A stretch of DNA of 64,000 bases from Candidatus Latescibacterota bacterium (GCA_963667175.2 CAXXXF010000014.1:96001-160000); one strand, 5' to 3'. Shown: positions 37,784 through 48,630, counted from the stretch's first letter. Notes: generated by a model not told the origin, from the sequence alone. Program-made: numbers and translations.

Positions 37784-38407
37784 CTATACGTCGCTCGGCT
37801 CTAATGGATCAACAGGTTTGTACTCGTCCTCGCCAAGGCTGGGAAGTTCCACGCCCTTGACGATCTTCTCACCAGCATTCATAACTGCCCTAAAGTTTTC
37901 CTTGATAATCTCCGTTCCCTCTGTACTGTCCCTATTTCCACCAGCAAACTGCCGAAGCGCAAAAGCTGCCTGGAATGCTTTCAAAAATGCTTGTCTCGCA
38001 TCAGCATCCAGGTACAGGCAGTTTCCTTGCCACCATTCCTGACACTCTAAAGCGACGCTACCTACCTCATCTTTGTTCAATACCGACCGGAGTTTCCGCC
38101 AATGCGTGTATGCTTGTTGATGAGTTTCGAGACGACGATCAAGCGCGGCAATGCTGAGTTGGTGTTTTCGCTTCGCCTGCTCGACGAGAAGGCGGTTCTG
38201 CTGAACAATCTCTTCCATCCGCTCAGAGTATACAGAGCGAACCTTTTCAATTTTGTCGGTGATCTTTGCTATATCTTGTTTAGTTGCAAGGTTTTCACCT
38301 TTCTTCCGTGCGTAGGGCGTCACGTAATTCCTTAAGATGAACAGTACTAAAATTACGAAGATACCGACAAGCTGAAGAACATCAAAATACACCGACCAGT
38401 CGCTCAT
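37784..38407 (-). CDS. Hypothetical TM plus coiled-coil protein
   Basis: TM helix then KKGENLATKQDIAKITDKIE; GAGGGG RBS. Confidence 0.7.
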   Translation of the reverse strand: MSDWSVYFDVLQLVGIFVILVLFILRNYVTPYARKKGENLATKQDIAKITDKIEKVRSVYSERMEEIVQQNRLLVEQAKRKHQLSIAALDRRLETHQQAYTHWRKLRSVLNKDEVGSVALECQEWWQGNCLYLDADARQAFLKAFQAAFALRQFAGGNRDSTEGTEIIKENFRAVMNAGEKIVKGVELPSLGEDEYKPVDPLEPSDV

Positions 38408-38689
38408 GGCAAATCCCCTCGTGTTTTGCGATCTGCTTTCAGATCTGAAGCAACTTTGCACAATTGATTTTCAGGTCGCCATTGTAGGAAAGAGCGAACT
38501 CACCCGCGATTTACCAACCTCAGGACAGGTATTAAGGTTCCGAAGCCCACAGATTGAACCTTCAGGGCGATAGCAGATAGGTACGTTTAATCGCCATCTT
38601 CGCATAGCCCGGTTCGTGATATACCTCACGCATCCTCAAAGCCAATACAGAATCGCGTTGGATCCAAGTCGGCATGTGTGTTGGCGCGA

Positions 38690-41530
38690 TCAGGTCCACG
38701 TGTCAATCCTCGTCTTCTTGCCTCCATGGACGCTTGGTTCGGCGCACCATTGGTTTCGCAAAATGGTGAGCGGTTCGAGAGCTTCTTCGGGTAGGTGCAA
38801 CAGATCCCGCAGGACGGCGCGGTCGAGGTCCTGTCGCACGTCGTCGCAATACGCCTCATTGGCCGGCAGGAATTCCTTTTCCTTGAACTGCTCAAAGATA
38901 GCCTCAGCCTGAGACAACTGCTCTTTGTTTAGAGAGCGAGGATCCAGGACCGTCAATCGCGGCAACTGAGTAATCGTCAGTCGTGCGCGGCCCTGCTGCT
39001 GTCGAGTTCCGATCCACCAGAAGCAGAGGAGTCCGAGCGTCGTGTTCGACCACAGAACCAGTGGAACGGCCCATTCCTCTCGCTCCAATATGAAGTTGGG
39101 CCATGCTGTGCCGCCGATCGCTTTGGAGGGCGTGAGGCATGCCGTGAGGCTTTGCGAGTTGATTCTGAAATCGAGATTGAAGTGTAGTTGCGAAGCCGTC
39201 CGATTCCAGACAGATACTGCTTGTTCTTCGCGGCCCTGGCGCACTTCGCCTTCGCTATCGGGAGGAACAACGAGGCTTCGTTCGCGGTTGGCATCATGGC
39301 CCCACAACGCCGGATATTCTGGTATTCCCTGGACAGGGACGATTTCAAACGGTCCACGTGGAACTCCGTCACTGCCCTTTCCTGAGATGTCGAGGTGGTA
39401 TAACCCTTCCTCGCCAAGTGAGCCGAGCCGACTCGTGAAGACCGGCGCGGAGAAACCTTGGGGCAGCCGGAGGGTTTTTTCCAACAATCCAAGAGCGGTG
39501 TTGGCGAGCGCGGTTTCGCGAAGGGATGCGCAACCGCCGTGTTTCAATGGTGCGACGATATAGGTACCGATGGTCTCTTGGTCGCCCACGCAGATGCGAC
39601 CTTGCCGAACGTGCTGAGAGACGCGACGTATTGCCCGTGCTATCTCAATGGCTTCCGCAATGCTGCGCGGTCGATGATAGAGATTCACGAAGAGTGTATT
39701 CTCTAATCCTTCTTGTCCTTCGTGGCATTTGGTGGCCACGACGAGGGCCTCGGCCATACCCGTATCAGCCGAAAAGGCCCGGTCCTTATTGCCGTAAGCA
39801 GAGATGGTAAGCACAACTACGGTCCTGTACTCGAGTTCTAGCAATCGACGTGTCCCCTGCCACGAGCTACCGATCACACACGCCGCAGGGAGCACCAGCG
39901 CAAGGACGCCACCCGGCCTCGCCTTTGTGTGCGCGAGATCTACAAAGTTCGAAGCCAACCCTGCATTGCCATGGCCTGCCAGGTGTCCGCTCTTCTTTAG
40001 CTTGGCGCAAATTCTCTTTAATCGCGTGCTCATTTGCCGCTGTTCCTCTTCGCTCGTATCCAATCCGGCAAATGACGGCACCGGCACCGATCCTTCGATA
40101 TTCTCGTGGTTGGTTGGTCGTGTAAACGGAGGATTCATAATCACCAGATCCGCTGTTTCTCGAGGGAGGTTCATGTCTTGACTCAACTCCGTTGCCACAT
40201 CCCCCTTTTTGCCGTGTGCCACCGTGGCGCCTGTCCCAAACAGTGACGGCGCAGTGTCATCCTCAATCAGATCAAGCGCCCCCAGCGCCATCCTATGGCG
40301 CTTTTCCTGACTCTGCTCTCCGTAAGGCAACGCGTGGACGCGTGTCTCGCCAAAGGTCGTGCCGGGATGCGCGCTGGACAGCATGGATGCGGTAAGGTGC
40401 GACGCAGCTGGCATAATGTCCGCCGCGATGAGGGCATTCTCCATCATGTCTCGATGCAGCGCCTGATCGGCGACCTGGAGACGAGTGAGCGCGTCAGCAT
40501 TGGACCAATCTGTTTCCGAGTCCAATCGGGATACCGCCAACTCCGCGAGCAGAGCGGCAGAAGTGGGAAGCGTGTAGAACGTGGCGAGAAACTTTCGGTC
40601 GGCGATCAGCGTTTGGAACATCCGACCGGAAAGGTCGTGCAGGGTTGTCGCACCGAGACCCGCCAGATCGCTGGCTGCCTGAGCGAGGCGATTCAACACC
40701 GCGTTGGCCGTACCATTGGGAATCGGCAGAAGCAAGTCTGAGGCGATGCGGAATATCGGATAGTAATTGATGTGATCGAGGATATGTTGCCAGCAGGCGA
40801 GCAAACGACTCTTGCTGACGTCGTTTCTCCCCGGAATTCGCAGTTGGTCGATTGTGGCAATCTCGTGGGCCTCCACAATCGCTGTGTGAAAGACAAGCGC
40901 GTTCGCGACGATTGCCATCGCCATGCGCGAGGTTTGTTCTCCATCCTCCTGATGAAGGGAATCCGCCATCTGCGCCAGCGCATTCGCGCCCGCGGACTCC
41001 CGCAACTTGTGGGCGGCTTCGCCAATGCTCTGCTCCAGAATGCGGGTTCCCTTAGCCAGTAGCCGTTCGGACAGCGAAACGTTCTCGATGAACGTGGCGA
41101 GGTCGTCGATACTTCCGGAGAGCCATCCCGCGATCGGCCAACGCAACGGCCTGTCCTTCTCTTGTAGAGAATACGTGCAATAACGGTACTCAGCGGTCTC
41201 GATCCGGTCCTTGAGGTCCGCCTGAGGCGCCTGGCTCAGGTCTTTTGGTATCTGGACGGCAATGGTCTGCTCAATCGGGTCTCCTGCGTACTTAAAACGG
41301 AATCCCAAGCGTTTCCTGGCGTCTTCTTCTACGGTACGGGCCGGTTCAAATTCGGTTTCGAGGACGACCGGGACGCCTCCCGGCGGTCGAATTACCACGT
41401 CCGGCTGGAGGCCAGGTTCCCGGAGTACGTTCGTTTGTTCCGCACTTGTGCGGTCGCGCCAGCGCGGATGTTTCGAGCGCAGTGCATTGGAGAGTTCGAA
41501 ATTGAAGGCGATTTCGCTTGTTTGGGGCAT
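38690..41530 (-). CDS. Type IIG-like restriction-modification fusion protein, SAM-binding motif I apparently missing
   Basis: N-terminal PD...ETE nuclease-like region, RKFLATFYT, DLVIMNPPF, PGGVLALVLP; no DxACGxG/FxGxG motif. Confidence 0.75.
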   Translation of the reverse strand: MPQTSEIAFNFELSNALRSKHPRWRDRTSAEQTNVLREPGLQPDVVIRPPGGVPVVLETEFEPARTVEEDARKRLGFRFKYAGDPIEQTIAVQIPKDLSQAPQADLKDRIETAEYRYCTYSLQEKDRPLRWPIAGWLSGSIDDLATFIENVSLSERLLAKGTRILEQSIGEAAHKLRESAGANALAQMADSLHQEDGEQTSRMAMAIVANALVFHTAIVEAHEIATIDQLRIPGRNDVSKSRLLACWQHILDHINYYPIFRIASDLLLPIPNGTANAVLNRLAQAASDLAGLGATTLHDLSGRMFQTLIADRKFLATFYTLPTSAALLAELAVSRLDSETDWSNADALTRLQVADQALHRDMMENALIAADIMPAASHLTASMLSSAHPGTTFGETRVHALPYGEQSQEKRHRMALGALDLIEDDTAPSLFGTGATVAHGKKGDVATELSQDMNLPRETADLVIMNPPFTRPTNHENIEGSVPVPSFAGLDTSEEEQRQMSTRLKRICAKLKKSGHLAGHGNAGLASNFVDLAHTKARPGGVLALVLPAACVIGSSWQGTRRLLELEYRTVVVLTISAYGNKDRAFSADTGMAEALVVATKCHEGQEGLENTLFVNLYHRPRSIAEAIEIARAIRRVSQHVRQGRICVGDQETIGTYIVAPLKHGGCASLRETALANTALGLLEKTLRLPQGFSAPVFTSRLGSLGEEGLYHLDISGKGSDGVPRGPFEIVPVQGIPEYPALWGHDANRERSLVVPPDSEGEVRQGREEQAVSVWNRTASQLHFNLDFRINSQSLTACLTPSKAIGGTAWPNFILEREEWAVPLVLWSNTTLGLLCFWWIGTRQQQGRARLTITQLPRLTVLDPRSLNKEQLSQAEAIFEQFKEKEFLPANEAYCDDVRQDLDRAVLRDLLHLPEEALEPLTILRNQWCAEPSVHGGKKTRIDTWT

Positions 41531-41996
41531 GGAAAATCCTCACTTGCTGAATTCATTGCCACTTCTTCGCCGCTTCCGAAGCAGCGCCCGGACGACGAGT
41601 TGTTTCGCGTAAAACGAGGCGACCGTGCCAAAAAGGTGTCGCATTTCGCAACAGTGGCGCGTCCGTCCGGCTTATCGTTTTTGTCCGCGCGACTTTGTGT
41701 GCGTTGAAGATAGTCTTGGAGGCATCTCGACACAAGCGCCAAAACCGCTTGCGGATCGTGATTTCTCGCCAACGGCCGCTAAAGATGTGCCACATCTACC
41801 AAAGGGTCTGTCGCTTTTGCCAACAAACCGTTTCCAATCTCATCCCAAATCAATGTCTATGTTAAATTTAGTATCTAGCGAGGCTTCGCCTCAGACGCCA
41901 GGACGTGCTGTTGCGTAAGAGTGTTTGTGTAGATAAAATAGGCCCCAGTTGAGCGGCGGTAGTCCTTTTAGGGACCCCCGATTATTTAACCGGGGC

Positions 41997-42254
41997 TTAT
42001 TCCTCTACAAGCTGTTTTGCCCAGTCCGTTATTCCCGTAAGCAAGTCTCTTTTTACGTACTTTATCATTAACTCGACTGATAGGCTTGTATCGGCATATT
42101 TCGACAAATCGACGGGAATTGGAAATTCGTAGGGAGTGTCGATGCCGACCAAATGGCCGTGAAACACAACTATTGCCTCGTGTTTTTGCAATCCAAGATT
42201 AACGGTCACATTATTGACTCTTATCGTGGATGGCGTTCTTGTTCGTTCGGGCAT
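41997..42254 (-). CDS. Hypothetical protein (85 aa)
   Basis: AAAGGAG upstream of ATG 42254; low GC. Confidence 0.6.
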   Translation of the reverse strand: MPERTRTPSTIRVNNVTVNLGLQKHEAIVVFHGHLVGIDTPYEFPIPVDLSKYADTSLSVELMIKYVKRDLLTGITDWAKQLVEE

Positions 42255-42422
42255 TTGGATTCTCCTTTCGAGTTCTGGACAGGTTAGTGTTTCGGTCGCA
42301 CGACGAAGCGGAGGGTCGTTATTGATCTGTTGACGGGCTCTGCTCAATTGCGGACAGTTTGGAGTATATATAATATAGGTTGACAAGAGACAACGAGATT
42401 TCTATTGTTTCAAGGAGGCACC

Positions 42423-42599
42423 ATGAAAACAGCAAATGACCTGATTGACCACGTCATCAAGAGAAAAGACGCCGGTGCCGTCGTATAAGAAGTGTTCAAA
42501 AAAGACAAACCGGAAGAAGAGGAGGTCGTCGAAATACCAGATGCAAGAACCCTCATATACAGCTTCATGAAGGAAAGATCATCGAAGAGGCCTAGGTAG
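42423..42599 (+). pseudogene. Small ORF with an in-frame TAA at codon 22
   Basis: AAGGAGG RBS and TTGACA-17-TATTGT upstream; the frame stays open for 36 more codons after TAA 42486-42488. Confidence 0.4.
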
Positions 42600-42637
42600 G
42601 AAAAACCAACCTACAGGATGACTACGGTGGAGGGAAA

Positions 42638-42922
42638 ATGAGCAAAATTGACATTCGTGGACCGATACGAATTGGCGGGGAAGAATGGCCCAGAGAATAT
42701 TCAGCGCCAGACTTCCACCCAATGACAAAGTTCTTTGTTGCCAAAATGACGGAGTTGGATCCTCAATCTGAAGTTGGGCTAGTTTTCGGTTATGGTCTTA
42801 GAGAGGACAGTCGGGAAGACATGCTAACACATCGCCATATAGGATTTTATGCGTCTAAGGAAGATATGATCGCAATTGCACATAAGATCATACAAGATCT
42901 TGGTGGACGAAATAGCGATTGA
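42638..42922 (+). CDS. Hypothetical protein (94 aa)
   Basis: GGAGGG RBS. Confidence 0.6.
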   Translation: MSKIDIRGPIRIGGEEWPREYSAPDFHPMTKFFVAKMTELDPQSEVGLVFGYGLREDSREDMLTHRHIGFYASKEDMIAIAHKIIQDLGGRNSD

Positions 42923-43174
42923 AACGACTCAGTCGAGACCCAGATCGCCTAACCCCCTGACAGGATCACGGGACATTTCACATTTGCATCACGCAATACC
43001 TCAATATATGGTCTGATATCTCCATTTGTTGAACGTCATCCGCCAAGGCGGGGAGTCCCTGCAGTGCCTCTGATTCCTGTCGGTATCGCCCCCTAAGCGT
43101 CACAGTTCCGGACAACCGTCTTGTGGGGATTCCCGGGCGTTTTTTGCCTCTATTAAGCCTGTTTCTAATATAAC

Positions 43175-43202
43175 TTGACAATTAGGACAATTGCCATATA
43201 TT
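43175..43202 (+). promoter_or_regulatory. Sigma70-like promoter of the putative TA operon
   Basis: TTGACA-16-TATATT. Confidence 0.55.
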
Positions 43203-43269
43203 GATTTTTACGAAAAGACAACCTCCGTATTATGAGTTTGCGACAACTCACTAAATCAGGAGTAGACAA

Positions 43270-43752
43270 ATGGCTACCTTAACGTTACCTGCGCCTGACA
43301 TTACTGAGTCAAAAATGAACTGGCGTTATCGTACCGTGACGCATGAGCAAATTAAAGAAATCGAAGAAAAACGACAAATGATCAATAAAGATATTCGTAA
43401 TTCTAGAGTTTTTCGTGACCAAATGAGGGAGTTTTACGAGGCTTTAAAACCCGATCCTCTCGGTTATATTAGAAACCACACTGAAGATGAACCTAATGAA
43501 TTAGTAGTATGGATTCGCAAATGCGAAGATGCGTATAAGGACCTTCATCGGTTTTTCGAATCCTTAAGGCCTGAGTATAGGCGTATGAGTTCGACATTAG
43601 GCAAAAAACTACAAACCATTATTGACCTCACCTATGAGATAGTTGCTTTTCTACAAGAAATACGCTGGTGGATCACTGTTGCTCTCGCTAATAAACAACA
43701 GCGTAGACCTAACAATTCCGCTAAGGTGACACTTGCTAATCTTTGGGATTAA
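43270..43752 (+). CDS. Hypothetical helical protein, putative antitoxin
   Basis: AGGAG RBS; directly upstream of the RelE-like gene. Confidence 0.65.
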   Translation: MATLTLPAPDITESKMNWRYRTVTHEQIKEIEEKRQMINKDIRNSRVFRDQMREFYEALKPDPLGYIRNHTEDEPNELVVWIRKCEDAYKDLHRFFESLRPEYRRMSSTLGKKLQTIIDLTYEIVAFLQEIRWWITVALANKQQRRPNNSAKVTLANLWD

Positions 43753-43755
43753 TTT

Positions 43756-44058
43756 ATGAAATTTATCCCACCAGTTGATGTATATATTGATGAAAAGACA
43801 AAAAAGAAATTAAATAAACTCGGCCGCAGTAACAAGGTTATCAAGAACCAAGCTGAGAGATTTATACAGGAAGTCGAGGAAGGCAAGATGTTACCAAGCC
43901 GTCATTACGGACATATGTTCGACAATGTATGGAAGGCCCGACTAAATCAACAATATCGAATTGGATTTTGCATTTGTGATCCCGAAGAAGAAATCACTTC
44001 AATAAATATCATCGAGGTCGATAATCACGATGAATTTTATGCGCTTTTAAATCCATAA
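43756..44058 (+). CDS. RelE/ParE-superfamily toxin-like protein
   Basis: 100 aa; KKKLNKL, WKARLNQQYRIGF and C-terminal HDEFY pattern. Confidence 0.65.
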   Translation: MKFIPPVDVYIDEKTKKKLNKLGRSNKVIKNQAERFIQEVEEGKMLPSRHYGHMFDNVWKARLNQQYRIGFCICDPEEEITSINIIEVDNHDEFYALLNP

Positions 44059-44084
44059 TCTCTCCTTATCACATCAACCAGAAA

Positions 44085-44122
44085 AACAGGGAGAGGCGAC
44101 TTGCCTCTCCCTGTTGCATTTT
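44085..44122 (+). terminator. Hairpin terminator
   Basis: 13-bp stem AACAGGGAGAGGC / GCCTCTCCCTGTT. Confidence 0.75.
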
Positions 44123-44228
44123 AGGCTTAGGGACTCTTAGTTATAATCTCCGAATATATGTTACCTTACAATAGTGCGCAATCCGTCTTGTAGAACTGAA
44201 CACCATCATCACAACGATACTGAGCAAG

Positions 44229-44321
44229 TGTCGCGAAACGCAACAGTTGCAGGTTTCGGTTTTCCCTTTGTGTCTTTGTGGCTTCGTGTGAGGATTGCGT
44301 TGGTGGAAGCCCGACGTAACC
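44229..44321 (+). repeat. ~90-bp direct repeat, copy 1
   Basis: TGTCGC...ACAGTTGCAGGTTTCGGTTTT(T)CCCTTTGTGTCTTTGTG...GACGTAACC; matches 46039-46125. Confidence 0.85.
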
Positions 44322-44352
44322 GCTGCGCCAGGCCCCCCGGCAACCTCCCTAA

Positions 44353-44377
44353 CAGCCCGTTGATAAAGTCCATCCGG
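44353..44377. mobile_element. Isolated end of the 2551-2729 MITE family
   Basis: CAGCCCGTTGATAAAGTCCATCC versus the MITE right end (reverse complement) CAGCCCGTTGGAAAAGTCCATCC. Confidence 0.6.
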
Positions 44378-44381
44378 ACTG

Positions 44382-45942
44382 CTACAGCATCGACCGGCGC
44401 AATTTCGGATGCGCCTTCAGGTAGGGTCCACCGCTGCTGACGCCGACGATCTCGTCGCCGCGCCAGCGAAACGTCACCGTCTCCTCTTCGGCGGACTCCG
44501 TCCCGCGACAGCTCCTCCTCCTCGTACTCGGGAAGAGCGAAGCGCATCTGGCTGGTCGTAGCCCCATCACCCTGCGCCACCACCACGAACCCGTTCTCCA
44601 CCGTTGCCTCGACGGGCCGCCCGTCGACGGTCACCGAGCAGGTCGCCTCATCCGCCCAGCCCGGGAAGCGCAGCCGCAGCTCCTTTCCGGTTCGGTTGAC
44701 CACGGTGACCCGGCCTTCGTTTTCGTCGCGCTCCGCCTTCACCCCCACCTCCGGCAGATCGCGGTCGAAGTGAAAGTGAAAGTTGACGCGCACGAACTCT
44801 CCCTCGACGTCCACGGTCCGGGTCCAGAGCTCGATAAGGCTGTGCAGGGCAGCTGCGGTGAAATCCGTGACGCAGGTCTGGCCGCTGACGTGGCCGACAG
44901 AGCCGCCGATAGCGCCCACGAAACGGTTGGGAAGGTCGCGGTAGCAGTCGCGGGCATCGGCTGCTTCGGCCGGCCGGATCGGAACCGGTTCCCGGATCTG
45001 CGCCGGGAACAGCCGGGCTCGCGCGATGCGCTCGGCATCGTCGAGCAGTCCGGGATCGGCGAACCGGTCCCAAAGCAACAGGGCGATATGGGCGATATCC
45101 CCGGCCGAGGCGACGTCGCCGCCGTAGCGGGCGCCGACGTCGTGGGTGATGAACCCGGAGCGGGTGATCAGCCCGGATACGGCCTCCCGGTAGGTCCTGT
45201 AAATCTGCTCCTGGCGTTCAAGCGAACCCTGGAGCGCGGCCAGCATCAGCAGGCCGCGGAGGGTGTTCAGGTACGAGTGGGTGTGGTGGCCGCAGCCCCT
45301 GGCGAGGCTGCCGTCCGCGTTCACCAGGGTTCCGAAGTGGAAATCGCCCAGGCGCTCCGCCTCCTCGAGTGCGGCCGGATCGCGGGTGGCCGCGTGGAAA
45401 CAGAGCAGGCCCTCGATGGCGCGGCCGTGGGTGTAGGCCGGGGCGGCGCTTTCGCCGTGCTTTGCCCGCGCGGGTCCGCCGTCGAACGAGAACTCCCACG
45501 CCATCAGGTCCCGGCTGGCGCGGCTCATGCCCTCAATCGCGCGGTTGCCCCATTCGGCGGCGCGGCCGCTGCCGCGGCATTCGACAAGCAGTCCGAAGGA
45601 CAGCATGGTCTCGCGGTAGGAGTGGATGTACCAGGTCGCCGGGTCCCGGGGGTCGACGTCCTCGAGGAAGATGCCGCTGGCGTTGTCGGACAGGCGCCGG
45701 CTGTTCTCCAGCATCGCCGCTTCCATCTCCTCGGGGATCTCGAAGCCGGCGGCGCGGTCAAGCCGCAGCATGGCGTTCCACCAGCGTCCGACGTTGTGGC
45801 CGGTGCAGTATGGACGAAACTCGTACCTGGCGCCCAGTTCCGCGTCGACGGCCATGTGCCAGTACGGCAGGTAGCCGTCGTCGCGCGACAGACTGCCGAG
45901 AAGGTTGCGGCCGGAAAGCAGCAGGCGGTTTTCAACGTTCAT
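44382..45942 (-). CDS. Putative GH127-like glycoside hydrolase (frameshift near 44500)
   Basis: Helical barrel with HNVGRW and HTHS, C-terminal LRLRFPGW beta-domain; the true C-terminus (VTFRWRGDEIV) is in another frame. Confidence 0.55.
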
Positions 45943-46038
45943 GGTGTGTGGTCGACTCCCAACTTGATCGATCGTTCCATGGTACCGCTCGCGCGACAGA
46001 AATCCGGAACACCGTCACTGTGACCGATATTCGGGATA

Positions 46039-46125
46039 TGTCGCAAATTGCGACAGTTGCAGGTTTCGGTTTTTCCCTTTGTGTCTTTGTGTGAGGATTT
46101 CGTTTGGTGAGAGCCGGACGTAACC
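46039..46125 (+). repeat. ~90-bp direct repeat, copy 2
   Basis: Matches 44229-44321; begins with the palindrome TGTCGCA-aat-TGCGACA. Confidence 0.85.
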
Positions 46126-46143
46126 CCTGGTCGATGCCCCGGC

Positions 46144-48149
46144 TTAGCTGTCCAAAATCCGACGGCGGCCGTCCTCGAGCCGGTCCCAGCTCCTCGATGC
46201 ATCGGGGCCCTGCGCTTGTTCTGGCGTCTCAATCCGGCCAGGTACTCTTGCCATTCCCCCTCGCGACCGGACCGGGTGAGCACGTTTCTGACCTGGCGCA
46301 GATAGGGAACCGCCTCCCGGTATCCCGCCGGTTTTACCCGGGCGATCTCCGCCTCCGCCAGGTCCTTCCAGATTGCCACCGAACGGTTGGGATGCGTCGA
46401 TGCGATGGCCTCGGCCACGTCGTCGTCCAGATAGTCACCGTGCATCCAATATGGAGCTTCGGATCGGCTTTCATAGTCGTACCACTTCACAACCTCGTCC
46501 GGCTTCTTCTCGGCAATGGCCAGCCGGATCAGCGCGTCGACCATCGGCGCCTCAACCTTGTCGCGTGGCGCCGGCATTTCGACTTCCGGAGCGGGAAGGG
46601 GCCAGTCCGTCTCCGGGTCGCTCTTGCGCTTCCTGCCGCTACGAGGGCGCCGGCCGGTTTGCAGATAGTGCCGGCCCCACGCCTCGACGCCCTCCCCAAC
46701 CCCCTGCCCGCGGGCGGCATTGCACAGAGCCAGGAATCCCTCCGAGTCGGGACTGGCGAAAAATTCCTCCGCCTGTATGGCCAGCCCGGCGAGCGGATTG
46801 CCGCTGTGCTGGTTGATTGTCCGCAGTCGCTCTCGAAGCTCCGCTTGCAGTCCTGGATACCTGTCCTGAAGCGCCTTGAGCCCCTGCCGGCACCAGCGCC
46901 GCGCCTCGTCCCACGCGCCTTCGGCCATCAGGCGGTCCACCAGGCGATTGTAGGTGAGGGTGATGGGGGCTTCGCGCTTGCACAGAGGCAGGATCTCCTC
47001 CTCCCTTCCAGCCTTTTCCATAGCTCTGATGAGCCAGTCGACGACGTGGTCCCGTTTGTAGTCAGTAGAACGTCCGTCGTCTACGGGAGGTTGCTCGCGG
47101 GCATCCAGTCGCTGGGCCAGGCGGTCGCACACCTTCGACCAATCGCGTCTATCATAGTCTTCAACCCAGAGATTTGCAAATCCTTCGGAGCAGAGTTCGT
47201 ACTCGTCCGCCTGTGCCATATCCAGGACCCATACGATCCGGTCCGAGGGCGACATGGAACACCTGTCCAGTGCCCGGAAAAGAACGTCGAGGCAGGCGCC
47301 GATCGCTTCGCTCGACTCCCCCTCGTGCTCGTATTCCAGCGCCCGAGTGCCGGCGGCAAGCAGTTCCGGTCCCAGTCGCACGGCAGCGTCAACCTGTCCG
47401 GACGCCACCAGCGCCTGAAGCATCGCCTTGAGTCGCTCCGTGTTGACCGCCTGGGTCCCGTAGTGATGGTCGTCCCAGGCGGGTTCCTCCAGGGCCGCGA
47501 TTTCGGAGCGGATTCTCTGCAGGACTTTGCGGGTCTGTCCCGAGGTCAGACTGCGGCGGTCTTCGAGCGATTGGCGCACCTCGTCGTGCGCTTCGGCGAG
47601 TTCCAGCAGCAGTTCTGCAAGGTCGTCCCTGCTATGCTCCTGCAGGTAGGCGCGCAAGGAAGCATTCCGGGATTGCCCGGATCCGAAGCTATCGGAACGT
47701 GTCTCGACGGGCGCCTCATCCGGGTCCTCCGCGTCGAATGCCAGTTGCTCGTCGTCGTCGTTTTCCGTGATCGCGTCCAACTGCTCAAGGCGCGGATCGT
47801 CTGCCTCTACCCGGCCGACGGCGGTTCCGGTCTTTGCCGTCTCCAGATATTCCACCACGACAGCCACCGCGTGTTTGCACGTTGTCCAGTAGGGACAGGT
47901 ACATTCGCATATCAGGTCCTCGCTTCCCTCGATGCTCACCCTTGTCGCGTAGCGGCGACTGCCCGCCACCCAGGCGACCAATGCGCCTTCTTCGTCGCGC
48001 CGCAGTTCCCGAACGGCCCCCTTTCTCTGATAGGACCGGCCCCGGGCGACGATGCGACTGCCGGCCCATTCCTCCAAGTCGTCCCACGTCAGTTCCGAAA
48101 AGGGGTCAGTGGGCTGCTCGGGTTCAGTCTTTTTCGTTCGTGGAGCCAT
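46144..48149 (-). CDS. SWIM zinc-finger domain protein (two +1 shifts near the 3' end)
   Basis: RGRSY, VAGSRRY, CECTCP...CKHAVA; corrected end KRRPRCIEELDRL...LDS*. Confidence 0.82.
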
Positions 48150-48393
48150 CTCGTTCCGTTACTCCTTTTAAAGGGGAATTACACACGTAACGCCATTGAT
48201 AGCATGAAACGAAACTTTCGTAGATGGACAGGATGAAAACGAAAACCAGGAAGCGCGACAAAGACGCGAGACTTGCTTTCAAAGTCAAACGCCCCTTCCG
48301 CGCTTCGAATTCTCGCACGTTTGATATTTACCCTTGACATGACTTGAAAGCCTGTATACTTTTCCAGTTAAATAACAGCTGGAGTCGGATGCC

Positions 48394-48630
48394 ATGATTA
48401 GAAAAATCCTCAATAACGATCACTTCCAACTGGTCACCTTTCTATTTCTTCTGATCGGTGCCATGTGGACACTTACCACCAGACTTGAGGACAGAATGAA
48501 CGCTCGCTTCGATAAAGTTGATGAACGCTTTGATAAGATCGAAACACAACTGAGCGAAATCAACAAACGGCTGAATTCCTTCGGTGAACGTATTGCCAAA
48601 AACGAAGCCAGATTAGACGCCTCGATGTAA
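48394..48630 (+). CDS. Small TM plus coiled-coil protein (paralog of 20161-20409)
   Basis: RFDKVDERFDKIE...RLNSFGERIAKNEARL; GGAG RBS; TTGACA and TATACT upstream. Confidence 0.75.
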   Translation: MIRKILNNDHFQLVTFLFLLIGAMWTLTTRLEDRMNARFDKVDERFDKIETQLSEINKRLNSFGERIAKNEARLDASM

